From Vitrella brassicaformis CCMP3155 (lineage: Eukaryota > Protista > Chromerida): a DNA stretch of 63,769 nucleotides. The position numbers and the translations under genes are program-made. Shown here piece after piece: positions 46,082 through 59,300 of this stretch. Under the pieces are notes generated by a model. The model had not been told where the DNA came from and did not search any database. It worked only from the letters and a program-made list of their open reading frames with translations. The stretch lies in contig CDMY01000104.1 of assembly GCA_001179505.1 (NCBI GenBank), positions 127,230-190,998 of the forward strand, written 5' to 3'. Each line of letters opens with the position of its first letter. Within the stretch, counting starts at the first letter, position 1.

Positions 46082-48290
46082 CTACGGGACGAATGGCTGG
46101 TTGCTGTATACGTGCAGCAGCTGCAGCAGCAACGCCACACCGTAGCCTGTGGCGCGCTCCCCTACCTGAGCGGACAGACACATCACACACACACACACAA
46201 CGTCCACATGACCGCCCATCGCATGGATCGCATCTGCTGCTGGCTGACCATACCATGGCTGGTGCGCACATGTCGATGTGCAGCCAGCCACCCTGCACAC
46301 AACCACATGACACCGCATCATCGACAGACATTCCCCGCCCGCCTGATGGCATGCATGGCCTCTATGTGTTGTGTGTGCGCTGTGGCCCACTGACTCACCT
46401 CTTTGGCAGTGAATTCCTTGGCTAGGTTAGCCTCGATGAAGAGCCCCGCTGTGGAGACCAATGCGCTGCCCCGGTCCTTGGCCGAATTCTTCATGTCAGC
46501 CACCTGCGGACGGACAGACAGACAAGACAGCCAACGTCAGTCATGTGATGTCAGTGTGTGTGTGCGAGTGTACGAGTGTGTGTGTACCTTACCTTGCTGT
46601 TGTACTCCTGCAGGTTGAGCTCTGGGGTGTAGATGCAGGGGAACACACAGTCGCCACTCAACTGATGATACGGATGCGGCACACACACCACACACTCCTC
46701 AGTGCACAGAAGCCTCCTTCCTCTTGATGAGAGGAGGGATGGAGATTGTGTGTGCGCTGCGCGTACTTACCTTGCCGGCCTCCACGGCCCACTGCTCCAG
46801 ATCCTCCCTATTGGACACTATTGCGCCGATCAGCCTGCCAGTGGCACTTGACTGCACACAGGACACATGACACAATCACACACACAAGGGATGACCGACA
46901 CTCCCTCCCTCCCCCAGCAACTTGGCTCCCTCCGTGTGTGTGTGGTGGTCATTGCATTGGTGTGCATACCCACCTGTGCGCCTGTGAGTGTGCACATGTC
47001 AACGATGAGTGTTGGGTTGAGTAGCTGGGAAGCGTAGGCCACGCCGTCCGAGACCACCAGCCGTCCCTCTGCATCGGGGTTGTTGATCTCCACCGTCCTG
47101 CCGCTGTACAACGTGATGATGTCGTCGGGACGCAACGCATCGGGACCTGATTCATTGGGTCGACAAACGAATGAATGGATGGATGGATGGATCTGCGCGC
47201 CGGTGATTCCGTAGGGTGTGTGCGTGTGTGTGTGTACCGATTGCGTTCTCGGCGAGGCAAAGGATGGCTATCAGGTTGTGGCCGAACGTCATGCGACCCT
47301 GGTTGGTTGGTTGGTCGCACGGCCGTGCACGGCAGCACACATGAGAGAAGCAGAGACAGACACTTGTGGCGGTGAGGTGAGGGAGGCACTGGTTGGCTGA
47401 CTGACCTGGACGGCACACACGAAGGCCGTGAGTATTGCACTGGCACCGGCGCAGTCGGCCTTCATCCCAAACATGCCTGATGGATGATGCAAATAAACAG
47501 GCCACAGATGGGCGTTGCAGGGTGGTAATCCATCCATCCATCGCTCCATCCATCCATTCATCTGTACCTACCGTCTTTTGATTTGAGTGCCAGCCCCCCG
47601 GTATCGTACACAATGCCCTTGCCCACCCACACCAGCGTGCTCGGACCTACACGACACGACACACACACACACAAACAGAGAGAGAGAGAGAGAGATGCGA
47701 CCCTCACATCCGTGACTTTATTGTGTGCCCCCCCTACCTGGGTTCATCTGTGCCTGGAACGGTGCTGCGTTGCCATGTGGGCAGTACTTGAGCACCACGA
47801 AATGAGGCAGATGCGTCGCGGCTTTGCCTGACCGACAGAAGCCGATATGCACACACGTGTCAATCAACAGCCTTACGTACTAAGGGAGGTTTGCTGCCTA
47901 CATCCGTACCAACATTCCACATGCCGCCGAAGCCCCGCTCTCTCAGGTCGGTCCCTGAGACCACCTGCACCCACCCACCCACCACAGACAGACAGACAAT
48001 ACGGCCAATGCAATCAATGCGCCGCCCACAGGCATAGATCTCCCTCCCTGCCTCCCGATGTGCGTGTGTGCGTGTGTGTATCTCACCTCCATTTCTATGT
48101 CGAGTCCGTTGACCATGTCGTGGATGCACTCGAGGTACCTGTCGGTGTGCATCTCTATCGACGGAGTGTCCACCAGGCAGGCCGCGTTCCGCACCGCCTG
48201 AGCCACGTGCGACAGCTTCTCGTGCACTTCCAAAGGCAGCAACTCGTCGCTGACACACACACACACACACAACCACCATTTCAGTACTCA

Positions 48291-48325
<35 letters not shown>

Positions 48326-48972
48326 TGCCGCTTCTCTCCCTGGCTGACACACTCAGTCACTCACTTGTGGTACAGCGCGATGGTGACCCGCCCCTCGGCC
48401 TGCTGGCGGCTCTTCATGTTGTAGATGGGAAAGTTTCTGACCACGGCCACCAGCATCGGCAGCACGTGCTCCCTGGCCTCTGCGATCAGCAGCACATACA
48501 TGGCCGGGTGCGGCCCCTGCGTGGCTATCAGCGCCTTGATCTGGTCCGGCCGGCACGCGCAGTTGTGCCGACTGGCCACACGACTGACCGCCATGAGGAC
48601 CATCTTGGGTTTGTTGGGCCGCCAGTAGACGGCCGCTGACCCGCCACTGGTGCTGTTGCTGGGCGAGAGCTGCGAAGCGTACTGGCCCAGCTCGGCTGCG
48701 CAATCGAGCCCGTCCGCACCGAAAAAGTCGGTGTTGTCGATGAAGGTCCCGATGGCCTCCCTGAAGCCGCAGATGCACAGCAGCGTGTCTTTGTTGCATT
48801 CCGATGAGGAGAAGGGCGTCACAAGCAGCATCGTGCTGCTGTTGCTGTTGCTGTTGCTGCTTGCGTGGTTGGCCTTGAGCTTGTCAAACAGCTTTCTGCG
48901 ATGCTTGTTGGCTGACTGGGCTGCCGCCGAGCCTTCACTGTCGTCCGCCGCGGCCTTCCTTTTGCCGTCCAT
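46082..48972 (-). CDS. M17 family leucyl aminopeptidase, NPEPL1-like; many exons
   Basis: VSRVASRHNC, NAACLVDTPS, LRERGFGGMWNVG, VGKGIVYDTGGLALK, GMKADCAGA, VEINNPDAEGRLVVSDGV, DMCTLTGAQ, VADMKNS, WLHIDM and GERATGYGVALL. Confidence 0.92.
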
Positions 48973-49004
48973 CCATGCGAATGGTGTTCCTCTCTCTCCC
49001 ACAA

Positions 49005-49017
49005 AGCTAAGCTCGCA
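49005..49017. promoter_or_regulatory. Candidate promoter palindrome, partial
   Basis: AGCTAAGCTCGCA between ATGs 48972(-) and 49099(+). Confidence 0.6.
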
Positions 49018-49098
49018 GATCTGGTGCGGAACCGCTCGCACGTGGTTCTGGAGGGGGAAACTGCTCTCTCAAGCGCCTCCCCGACGCTTATCTGGATC

Positions 49099-51438
49099 AT
49101 GATTCCTTCAGCCAGGCACTCAGGCAGTGTTGCCTGTCAGCAGCTTGCCCGCAGCTGCCTTCCTGCGGTGCATCATCCTCCACCGCCGTATCTTCGGCCG
49201 ACTCGCAACCCGTGCAAAGCACCTGCCTTCAGCCGGGAGGCCGTGGCTGGACCGACCCGTGAGGAAGGGATGCGAGCAGTGCCACCGAGGTGGGCTGTCT
49301 TCGGGAGCAGTGGAAGCAGGAGGATGTTCTCCAGTGCGGCAACAAGACACTCCAATAAAGGGGGTCAGGCAGCCCACTCACTGGCAGACAGACAGATGAC
49401 ATGAATTGGATTACATGGACGGGGAGGGAGAGGATCCACTCACTCACTCACTCGGTTCTCTGTCTGTCTGTGTGGACTGGACCCCTTGATGCCTTCATTG
49501 CAAGCAGATGCTCGTTACTTCACCAGTCCGTCGACCGACATGCTCAAGCAGCTCCGTGACCTCCCACGCGGCGGGGCGCCCCCCAAACCAGCCATCTACG
49601 TCAGTGCTGTGCTCAACCAACACATAAACCACTAGTGTAGGAGGGCAGTAGTGCGCCCATGTGCACTCTGTGCGTGTTTGTGCGAATCTAGGTTGGTTGG
49701 GTGGAGAAGAAGGACTGCGAGGGAGGCGACGAGTCCATGACCGGCCTAGACATCGTCCCGGACATCCCGATGGCCAGGCCGGACCTCGCCAAACGCCTCG
49801 GGGTGCCGGTGCAGGAGGTGCGGCTCGTCGATCCCTCCTTGCAGGACCACATGCCGACGATCTTCGTCCGGCCGAACGCGATTCTCCTTCGGTTCGGCAA
49901 GGTCAACGCCATCATCACCCACTGCAAGCTGGCTGTCTTCAAGCGACACGCGGTGGGCGGAGACGGAATCGCTGGATGGATGAATGGATGCGTGGGGTCA
50001 TAAGGATGGATCTCTTGTCGTGGTCATTGGTGTCAGATGAAGTACTCTTACCTTCCTAGTCTCAAGTATGGTGCTGATCCCGCAGAGGCGGTGCTGGCGG
50101 GGGTGGAGATGACGCTCAAGTCGTCCCTGGACGAGGATGTGGCTGAGAGGGACGACTATGATGAGAGCGGCGGCCAGACAACGGCCACCAGGCCATTCGA
50201 GTTCCTCTGCCTCGAGGTATTCAATGCAGTCAATCTTATCCCAGTACTGGCAATTGATTGACTTGTCGTCGGCTTCACTGTTGTGCCCGTGTGTGTCTGT
50301 GAATGTGCAGGTGTGCATGTCGGAGGCACTCAAATGTGAGTGAGCAAAATGGATGGCACAGAAGGACGGAGGGGGGATGCGGTGCGGTGCCTGGGTGCGC
50401 ATTCTGTTCCGCCTGACGTGTGCGTGTGTGGTCAGCATACGTCGAGGACGTGCAGCATCTCAAGGTCGCAGTGGACTCACACCTCAAACAACAAAACGGC
50501 ATGCACACACACACACACACACAAACGAAGGAACCAAACGCCACTTACGCAGCCTCCCCTCTCTCTGTGTGTCTATCAGACCAAGCAATGCCGTCCCTCG
50601 AGACGCTTCAGGAGCTGACTCAGGTCAAGACGGAGCTGGCCAACGTGGAGCGGTTCATCCGGGCCATGAAGGGCGCAGTCGAGAACGTCCTGCGCGAGGA
50701 TGAAGACATGGCCGCCATGTACCTCTCCGAGACAGCCATCAAGTGAGCGAGCAAGATGGAGGGAGAGAGGGAGAGAGGCCGGCAGCACAAGAGACCTTCT
50801 TGACCCATGTATGTGGTGTGAGTGACTGTCCGTCAGTCAGCCGCGGGCCAAGTCGGCGCATCAAGAAGTGGAAATTCTCTTCGAGATCTACCAAGGCAGT
50901 GTGAGCACTGCATCACGGCCCAGCACCACACGACGCCCGAGAGCCCTTTTACTTACACTCATCTGTCTGCGTCTGTCTGTGTGCATCTAGCTTGAAGAGC
51001 TGACGAGTGACGTGCAGAAGATGAAGAAGGACATCGACTACTCCGAGGAAATGATGAAGGTGAGGCTCGACATGACCCGCAACGAGATCATGCAGCTCGA
51101 GCTGCGCATCTCCATCATGTCGGTGTCGCTCGCACTCGCCGCTGTCGGTACGGGCGCATTCGGGATGAACCTCACCTCACACATCGAAGAGCACCCTTAT
51201 GCTTTCTATACCGTCTCAGCCGCGTAAGATCTTAAGCATCGAAAGCCTTGAGGCAGGCCAGGCCGAATGAATGAATGGGCAATGTGTGTGTGTGTGTGCG
51301 TGTGTGTGCTGCAGGTTTGCCTGCACGTCGGCGTTCTCCTATGTGCTGCTGACGTTTCTCTGCAAGCGGAGGGGTCTGCTCGGTCGTGCCCTCCGTCTGT
51401 GGACGCCCAAGCCAAGCTGGTCGCCAGGAATGTTCTAA
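49099..51438 (+). CDS. MRS2: MRS2/CorA-family magnesium transporter, probably organellar; many exons
   Basis: RLVDPSL...PTIFVRPNAILL, PFEFLCLE, VLREDEDMAAMYLS, EVEILFEIY and LDMTRNEIMQLELRIS...GAFGMNL (GMN motif) followed by a second TM. The N-terminus is Arg/Ser/Ala-rich, like a targeting peptide. Confidence 0.9.
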
Positions 51439-51993
51439 GGGAAGGGCGGATGGGATGGCTGTGCAGCTGACCTGACAGCAGAAGGAGCGAGGACACCTGA
51501 CAGACAGACAGACAGATGCACCGTGTTATGTTATGTTTTATTATCTGGTGCATGAGTGTGTGGGCTGGTTGGTGAGGTGCGTCGTCCCTTTCACTCACCG
51601 GTCCTTGCAGAGGCAGCCAGGCAGCCAGCCACGATGGATGCGAGAAACGAGACACATGGAGAGAGAGAGAAGGGAGAGAGAGAGATGGGTTTGTCACTCA
51701 CGGTGCGTATGGGCGTAGAAGCTTACGGCGTGTGTATTGTATAGCTGTGTGTGTGAGATGGAGAAGGCGGACTTTGTCTCTCTGTCGCTGCTGGGGCCAG
51801 GCACTGACTGACACGGCTGAACACAAGCCAGCCCACAACTAGTGCGGGCTGGCTGGCCGGTGTTGCTGCAGCGGGAGCAGGATCTGACTGCCACAGGGAG
51901 CAGCCTAGCCTGCCTTTACTAAGAGAACATTAACCTGATGGTGTCAGTCAAACATTCACGACAAGTCGCATGAGTAGCCACCAATTTAATGAG

Positions 51994-53760
51994 TCAAGGC
52001 GACAGCAGTGTGGGGCTGCAGTCATCCCCTCCCACAACCAACACATTCTGACTCCCACACGCCTGCACACACAAACCACCCACACTCCATCCACATGGGC
52101 ATACGCACGCGGACATTCTCTCTCTCTCTCTCTCTCTCTGACCTTCATGCAGTGGATAGCGGCCCCTCCCATACTCCCCCGCACCGTCCACAGCACACGT
52201 GCCTCCCGGAACGACGCACACACCACCTTCCCATCAGCCGTCCCGAAACACGCCACATCGGTGTCGCTATGCGGCAGTGTGCAGCCGCACATGACCTGCC
52301 CGCTCACAGGGAGGGCGGTGCTGCAGCTGGAGGGGTCTGCCTGTGTGTCGGGCTGGCGCAAGTCATGCAGGAGCACCTTGCTGTCCGCAGCACCTGGTGA
52401 ATACGAAATGCAGCCATATGGTGAGGGAGACACCAAAAGGAGAGAGAGAGAGAGACATGTACCTGTCCATAGAGTGTGGGGGTGCGGCCCCTGCATGAGG
52501 GCATTGATAGCGGCGTCGTGCCGTCGGTACCGCCGCACAGCTGACGCTCCGCTACCTACCCGGCCGTCAATGTAACACACCATCCTGAATGAACAAACAA
52601 ACAAACGAGGGAACATCCTCCACACCGCACCAGCAGACATCAGTGGGTGTCTCTCTGTGTGTCTCTTGTCTGTGCACACATAGGTACCTACCCGTCCTGC
52701 ATGCCCGCCGTGGCCACCAGGGGGCCGGGCGTGTCCGGAGAGCCAAAGAAACACAGCTTGCTCACACACCCCTGCTCAAAGAACATCACACTCACCCACG
52801 CACAGACACACATGGACAATACTGAGTGAGTGAGACACATGACAGAATCCATATCTCCATATGTCACGTGCCTGGTGTGGCTTGATGGAGCGGAGCGGCT
52901 TTGACGGATCGTTGATGTCCCAGAAGACCAGGGTGCCGTCCTTCCCCCCACTCACCACCGCCCGCTGCTGCCAGGTGAAGGCGTTGACAGGGTGCTTGTG
53001 TGCCCCCCGCATCTCCGCCAGCTGCTTGCCGGGACCCCTGACGTCCCACACCAGCAGGCCACCATCGTACGATGACGAAACCATCACATTACCTGGAACA
53101 AGGCACACAAGAGGTATAAGGGAGAGAGAGAGGTGCCGGTGGTGTGGAGTTGATGCACCCACTGTTGTCGACTTCGATTTGTGTGATGAGGGCCGAGTGG
53201 CCGGTGAGGTCGTTGCACCGCACGCCCGTCTTGTCCCACAGGCAGATGCGGCTGTCGTGCCCGCCAGACACCACACGGCCATCCCTGCAGCACAAAGCAG
53301 ACAGCCCCAAGTGAAGACACACACCAAAGACAAACGCTGGAACGTGGTGGGGCCAGTGTCTTGAGGGTGTCATGTACGTGTTGATACATCTTACGCGGTG
53401 AATTGGCAGGCGGTGACCCATTCGGTGTGCCCATATCGCTTGGCGAACAGCTCACGCATGAACTCACGACTGCGAAGATTGAACAACCGCAGGCCTGCAC
53501 GGTAGCACAAAGAAAGGACAAAACCGTATATGTGACTTGTGTGTGTTTGTGGGGCTGGCTTCGTGCTCACTCACCATGGTCGGCTGATCCGGTCACCAGC
53601 AACTCATTGTGTACAGCGCAACACAAGATCTGACAAACAAAAAACGGCACACGATGGCAATCGTGGATGTGACACATGAATGGTATGGTTCTTCTCATAA
53701 TACCGGTCTTCCGTGTCCCTCAGGCAGCGTTTCGCCCTGCTGGGGAGCCTTGCGCCACAT
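51994..53760 (-). CDS. WD40-repeat protein; many exons
   Basis: GHGRP|ILCCAVHNELLVTGSADHGLRLFN, GHTEWVTAC...VVSGGHDSRICLWD, GHSALITQI...SSSYDGGLLVWD, AHKHPVNAF...SGGKDGTLVFWD and GAADSKVLLHDLR. Confidence 0.9.
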
Positions 53761-53799
53761 CGATGTCCGGGGGGGCTAACCGGAAAACTGAGATCTTTG

Positions 53800-53806
53800 A
53801 GCTCGC
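53800..53806. promoter_or_regulatory. Promoter-motif half-site
   Basis: AGCTCGC between ATGs 53760(-) and 53894(+). Confidence 0.4.
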
Positions 53807-53893
53807 TCCGTCAGTTTGAAACGTTTGAGCCCTTTTTGCAGAGCGCATTGCCTGGTTTCTGGCTGCCTGTGGCATCCCTCATCGGTGTGGTCG

Positions 53894-56299
53894 ATGATGA
53901 TGCTGCCGGCGGACCAGGCGGTGCGTGCGTCGGGCGGCGAGGTGCCGCACGTGGAGGATTCTAAGGGGTCGGTAGAGATGCTGGCGGACCTGCTTGAGAT
54001 GCACTACCTGATGAAGAGGTAGGTGCGGTGGGCCCCTGAATGACGAGGGAGAGGGAGGGATGTGTGGATGGATGGAATGGAATGGATGGCATGGGCCGGA
54101 AATGGCCATGGTTGCGTTGTGTTGTGTCGTGTGGCTGGATGGATGGATGGATGGGAGGATGGACGGTCTCTGTGTGTTGTGTGCGTTGCAATGGAATGCA
54201 ATGGAATACAGGTATGAGGAGGAGCGGATCAAGGATAAGTTGACGGACTACTTCAAGATAGACCAACCCTTGCCCCACGACTGGTAGGTGCAAGGATGGA
54301 TGGATGTGGGTGAGAACGCGCGAGCCCATCCATCCCACGACGCTATCCAATGGTTTTTTCTTCGTCTTATGTCGATGCCATTACCATCAGGGTCCGTGAG
54401 GCTGAACACCGGGCCCAACAGAGAGCCAAGGAGAAGTTCTCGGTGAACGAACTCGACACATCAGAAGAGGACAGAACCATGGAAGTCTCCCATCTATCCA
54501 TCCATCCATCCATCCATCCATCCATCTGTGGCTTCGCTTCTTTGTTTGTGTGTGCAGCAATGGCGTGTGTTCATGGAGACGTATCGCAAGCTGCTGGACC
54601 ACGCCAAGAGCCGCCACAGGGAGGCCATCTGGAAGCCCGGCAACGTACCCACAGAGGAGGACAGGAAGGAGCCACCCTCACTGCGGCAGGTGGCAGTGGC
54701 CGGCGGACATCTCGTCGGACAGGTGGGGGAAGAAAGGTCTACTGGGGATGGGGTGGGGTGGGGGGATGTTGTTTCTTGATGTCATGTGTGTGTGTGTGTG
54801 TGTGTGGTGTGTGTCAGTTTTTGTCAGGTGGGAGCGTTGGTCAGGTGCATGTAGCTCTGAGGCTGACGGATCGACACAGTGAGCAACACACCCACGGTTG
54901 CCTGGAGCTTCGTTGCCTTGAGGCAGGTGTGGCTGTCTGGCTGTGTGTGTGTGTGTGTCGACAGCTGCGAGTCCCCAGTTTGTGGCGGCCAAGCTCACCC
55001 ACATCCGACCACAGTCGCGTACGTCAAGAAGGAAGAATGACAGACACCCCACACCCCACATCCATCCATCCATGGGTTCTTCTGCATGGTGCTGTGTGCC
55101 CTTCTGTGTGCAGGTACTGAGGCGTTGCGTCACTGGAATGAGGAGGTCGACAACTGGTCACTGCTCAAACACGAACACATCGTCAGGTATGCACACACAC
55201 ACACCCCGACCACACACATGAGTATCCCCCTCCCCCCACCCTTGTCCGTGTGTGTGTGTGTGTGTGTGTGTACCTGTCTGTGTGCGTGTGCAGGTTGTTG
55301 TCGACCTCCCACAGTGTGCGGAGCAGCCCTATTGCGCTGGCGTCGACGACCCCCGAGGCCATGCAGATCCAGGGGTGCACCGAGCTGGTCGTGGCATTCA
55401 TGGAGTACTCACAGGAGGGAGACCTCTGCAGACTAGTCAGGTTCGCACGCACATGGGAATATGAAGGGAAAAGGTAGGTAGGCAGTATGTATGTTGATGT
55501 GTGTGTGTGTGTATGTGTGTATGTGTGTGTCAGGGACCACACGTACCTCAAGCCCGAGCTGGCGCGGCGGCTGTGGGCGCAGGCGGTCAGCGCCATCTGG
55601 TACCTCCACGAGACTCACGGCATGGCACACAGAGGTACGTACTTACCTTCATCCCTCACCCCTCCCCTCATCCCTCCCCTCACCCCCACACGCATCCATC
55701 CCTCCAATCCATCGATGTCTATGTGTGTCTCTCTGTGTCAGACATCAAGCCCGAGAACTTCCTGTTGTTTCGCGAGGCGTCGGACAGTGCCACTGCGGGT
55801 CAGCAGAGGCGCAAGAAGACCCCCCAGGCCAGCCCGTCGGCGTCATCCTCCATACTCACTAGCGCGGCGGCTGCTGGCAGCAGCTCCCAGCAGAACCACC
55901 ACCAGCTGACACTCAAGGTCGGTCGATGGCGGGCCGCCCACACACTCACACACACGTGGGAAATGGGCACTGGTGTGCGTATGTGTGACATCTCCTTGCT
56001 CGCGTCAGTTGTGCGATTTCGGCATGTTGAAGCGTTTCAAGATGGAGGCCAACGGGCAGGAGTACATCCTCAAAGCCGACGACCTGCAGGTCAGTCCATT
56101 CTCCACACCCACCCACCCACCGTATGTCTCTCCTCACCCCTTGCGCACGCGTGTGTGTGTGTGGGGGGGTATGTGTGGGTCTATGGTCAGGGTACCTTCA
56201 CCTACAATGCGCCCGAGGTGCTGTGGGCGGGACACGCCAACATCGACCCAAACACCATGGAAAAGAAAAACTCCACGCGCGTAAGAGAGACCACACACA

Positions 56300-56335
<36 letters not shown>

Positions 56336-59300
56336 CAGGTGGGCGCGTCTGTGTCTGTGTGTGTGGCTGGTCAGAACTATTTGTTCGACCTGGGGCCTGC
56401 GGACATCTTCTCGCTCGGCGCCACGCTCTTCGCCATGCTCTTCGGCACCGTGCCCTTCGGGGTCCTGGAGCGCAAACCAGCCATGCAGGCCTACCTGGTA
56501 CACCACACAAACAAAGTCACGTCACTCACCCTACCGACCAGACCAGACACACGGACTGCCGAGCCCCCAATCAGCACACTCCTCATGTCATCTGTGTGTG
56601 CGTATGTGGGCATGCAATGCAGGACGTGATGAATGGCGATTTCAAGGACTTTGCCGACATGCAGGCGGGCCACCTCTCCCCCGGCCAGAAGGACGAGATC
56701 TACGACCTGCTGGCCAAGGTGCTGTTCAAGCATCCCGACGGCCGCGCCACCTTCGAGGCCATCGCAAACCACCCCTGGATGGCGGCAGACAAGAAGTTCG
56801 TCAAGCGACCCGCCATGAAACTGTGAGTGAGACACACAGACAGAGAGAGGGACCACACACACTCAGAGGAAATGAAATGACGGGTGTGGTGGCATATGGT
56901 GGGAATGGTGTGTGCGGGGTGTGTAGGTTGAAGGCTACGGGTCGGCTGCGCCATCCCACCACTCAGGAGGGGGCACATTTCCACCACCACACCCTCGTGC
57001 CCTCCACATCACAGATACTCTGGGTGAGTCGGCACAGAGAGAGAGAGAGAGAGGGAGATAGCTTACACATCAACCTCTCTGTGGCCCGGCCGTGGGTGCG
57101 TGCGCATGACTGCGATGCAGCCACTGACGCCCGCAGCGTACCAGCCCCCCCTGCAGTTCACACACCTGGCCTACGGCACCCCACACGTCCCCGCCGACAC
57201 TCGCCCGGGGCTGCCGCACCTCTGCGCCATCCCTGTGGTCGACAGAGGCCTGCCAGTGCACCGCAAAGCCAGCGGACCACACGTACGGGACGTGACCAAC
57301 ACTCACTGCCCTGCCTGACACATCACATGACGCTCTTCTGCCGTTCTCTTGTGTGTCTACACATATCAGATTCCGCCCCCAGTAGCTCTGGTGCCCCCTC
57401 CGGCCGCTGCCGTGCCGCCATCGATGTCGCCGCAGGCGCCGTTGCGTGAGCTGGGGGCGCCCCACCCCCACCCACACTCCCGTGCCATGGCCATCCAGCC
57501 ACAGCCGCACCCACAGACACATGCACAGCCGCAGCCGCAGCCGCAGCCGCAGACGCCCTCCCGCCCCGCACACAGGGAGATCATGCAGTCGCCCGCCGAC
57601 CAGACGCCCAAAGGCAAAGAAACGCAACACAAGGGCACAGGTGCGGACACACGAATGAATGGATGGATGGATGGATGGATGGCAAACACACACACCTGAC
57701 ATGACATCTATGCATCGATACCCTGTTGCCGTTGGTGTGAATGATCAGGCCCTATCCCCGCCATGAGCCCCCTGCCGGCTCTCACCAAGCGGCCTGGGGA
57801 GGGAAGCCCGCCCTCCCGCAATGGCAGTCCCGACTCGCCATCGTCCTCCTCATCCAGCGGCGGCAGCCCCATCATGGCCATCGGCAATGTCGGCATCAGT
57901 AGAGTCGGCGGAGGGCGGGCCAAGCAGGCCGGCAGGCACCACCCCAACCTCGAGCCAGTAGCAGAGGTGACCGCCGAGGCCAATGGGCGGACGGAGGACA
58001 GCAAGGCGGCGTCTCCCAGAAGTGTCGTCACCCGCCCCACGCCCCCCAAGGCACCGACCCTCCAGACCAAGACCACCACCAACACCAGCGGCAGCTCTCG
58101 CACCGACACGCGTGAATCGGAGGACAACAACAGGACGGGCGGCGATGATGACCAGCAGCCCCAACCCCAGGCCCAGGCCCAGCCCACACGGCCCAAAAGC
58201 GTGCCGAAGATCGCAGCAGCAGCTGCAGCTGCAGCTGCAGCTGTGGCCAGGTCAGGGGGCGGGGGAGGGGGAGGGAAAGCGACGCCCTCGTCTTCAGGGG
58301 CGGCTGTGGTGGGAACCGGCAAGGCCAAGGCGCCCGCGCCCAAGCAGCAGGGGGTGGCGAGTCCTGCGCGTGCAGCCGATCTGAGTGCAAGTGTGGGTGT
58401 GGGTGTGGGTGTGGGTGTGGGGGCGAGTGGAGGCGGGACGGGGGGACAGGAGGGGGCGGGGAGCAGTAGTGCCGCTGCTGCTGCTGCTAATGCCGGTACT
58501 GCCGGTTATGGTGTGGGGGTGGGTGCCGCCCAGCAGAGGCATGCTGCGGCCAAGGCAGCTGATCTAGGAGGGGCGCCGCGGGCTGCTGCTGCGGCGGGTG
58601 GTAGTGGCAATGCTACCAGGCCACGGCCGCCGATGAGCTTCTTTCAACCGCAGAATACGCCCCACGTACACAGATCCACGTAGCCACACATCCACATGCA
58701 TTCCAGCCCCACTCGTGGGTGGTGTGTGTGTCTCTCTCTCTCTCTCTGTGTGTGTGTGGCGCCGTGTGCAGCGATCGACAGTCGGCCATCTCCCGGTGCT
58801 AAACGGCCCCCGCAGCACGGGCAGTGGCATGCAGAACACGACCAATACGGCCATCGAGGCCAACGACACCAACAGCCCCGAGCCGGTGCCCATCCCCTCA
58901 CCGATGCCGTACCTACCCAACCACCCACACCCACAGACGGGCCGCATGCAGCCCACGCCCTTCGACCGAAGCCGACTGGGAAACTACGGACCCGCATCGC
59001 AGTATCGCCCACAGGGTGAGCAGAGATACAGGGAGGGGGATCTGGCATATGTCTGTATGTGTTGGTTTGCTCGTTCTGTGTGGATGTACGAATGTGTTAG
59101 TGATGGCAGCGTATCACCCGGTGCCTCCGCGGGGCCCCAGCGGCATGAACGCCATGGCTCCTTCCCCCACACCTGCCAGATTCCGCGAGCAGGTAGGTAT
59201 GCAGTCCAACACACAAACAGACAAACAGCGGTCCACACATCTTGTCTTGCCGATCCATCCATCCCGGCCCCTCCTTCTGTGTCCTGTGTGTCCACACCAC

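Noticed and set aside
57708-58343. Antisense ORFs over GC-rich exons (also 7506-8333, 32925-33725, 34059-34835)
   Set aside because: Shadow ORFs expected from GC3-rich coding sequence; no independent signal.
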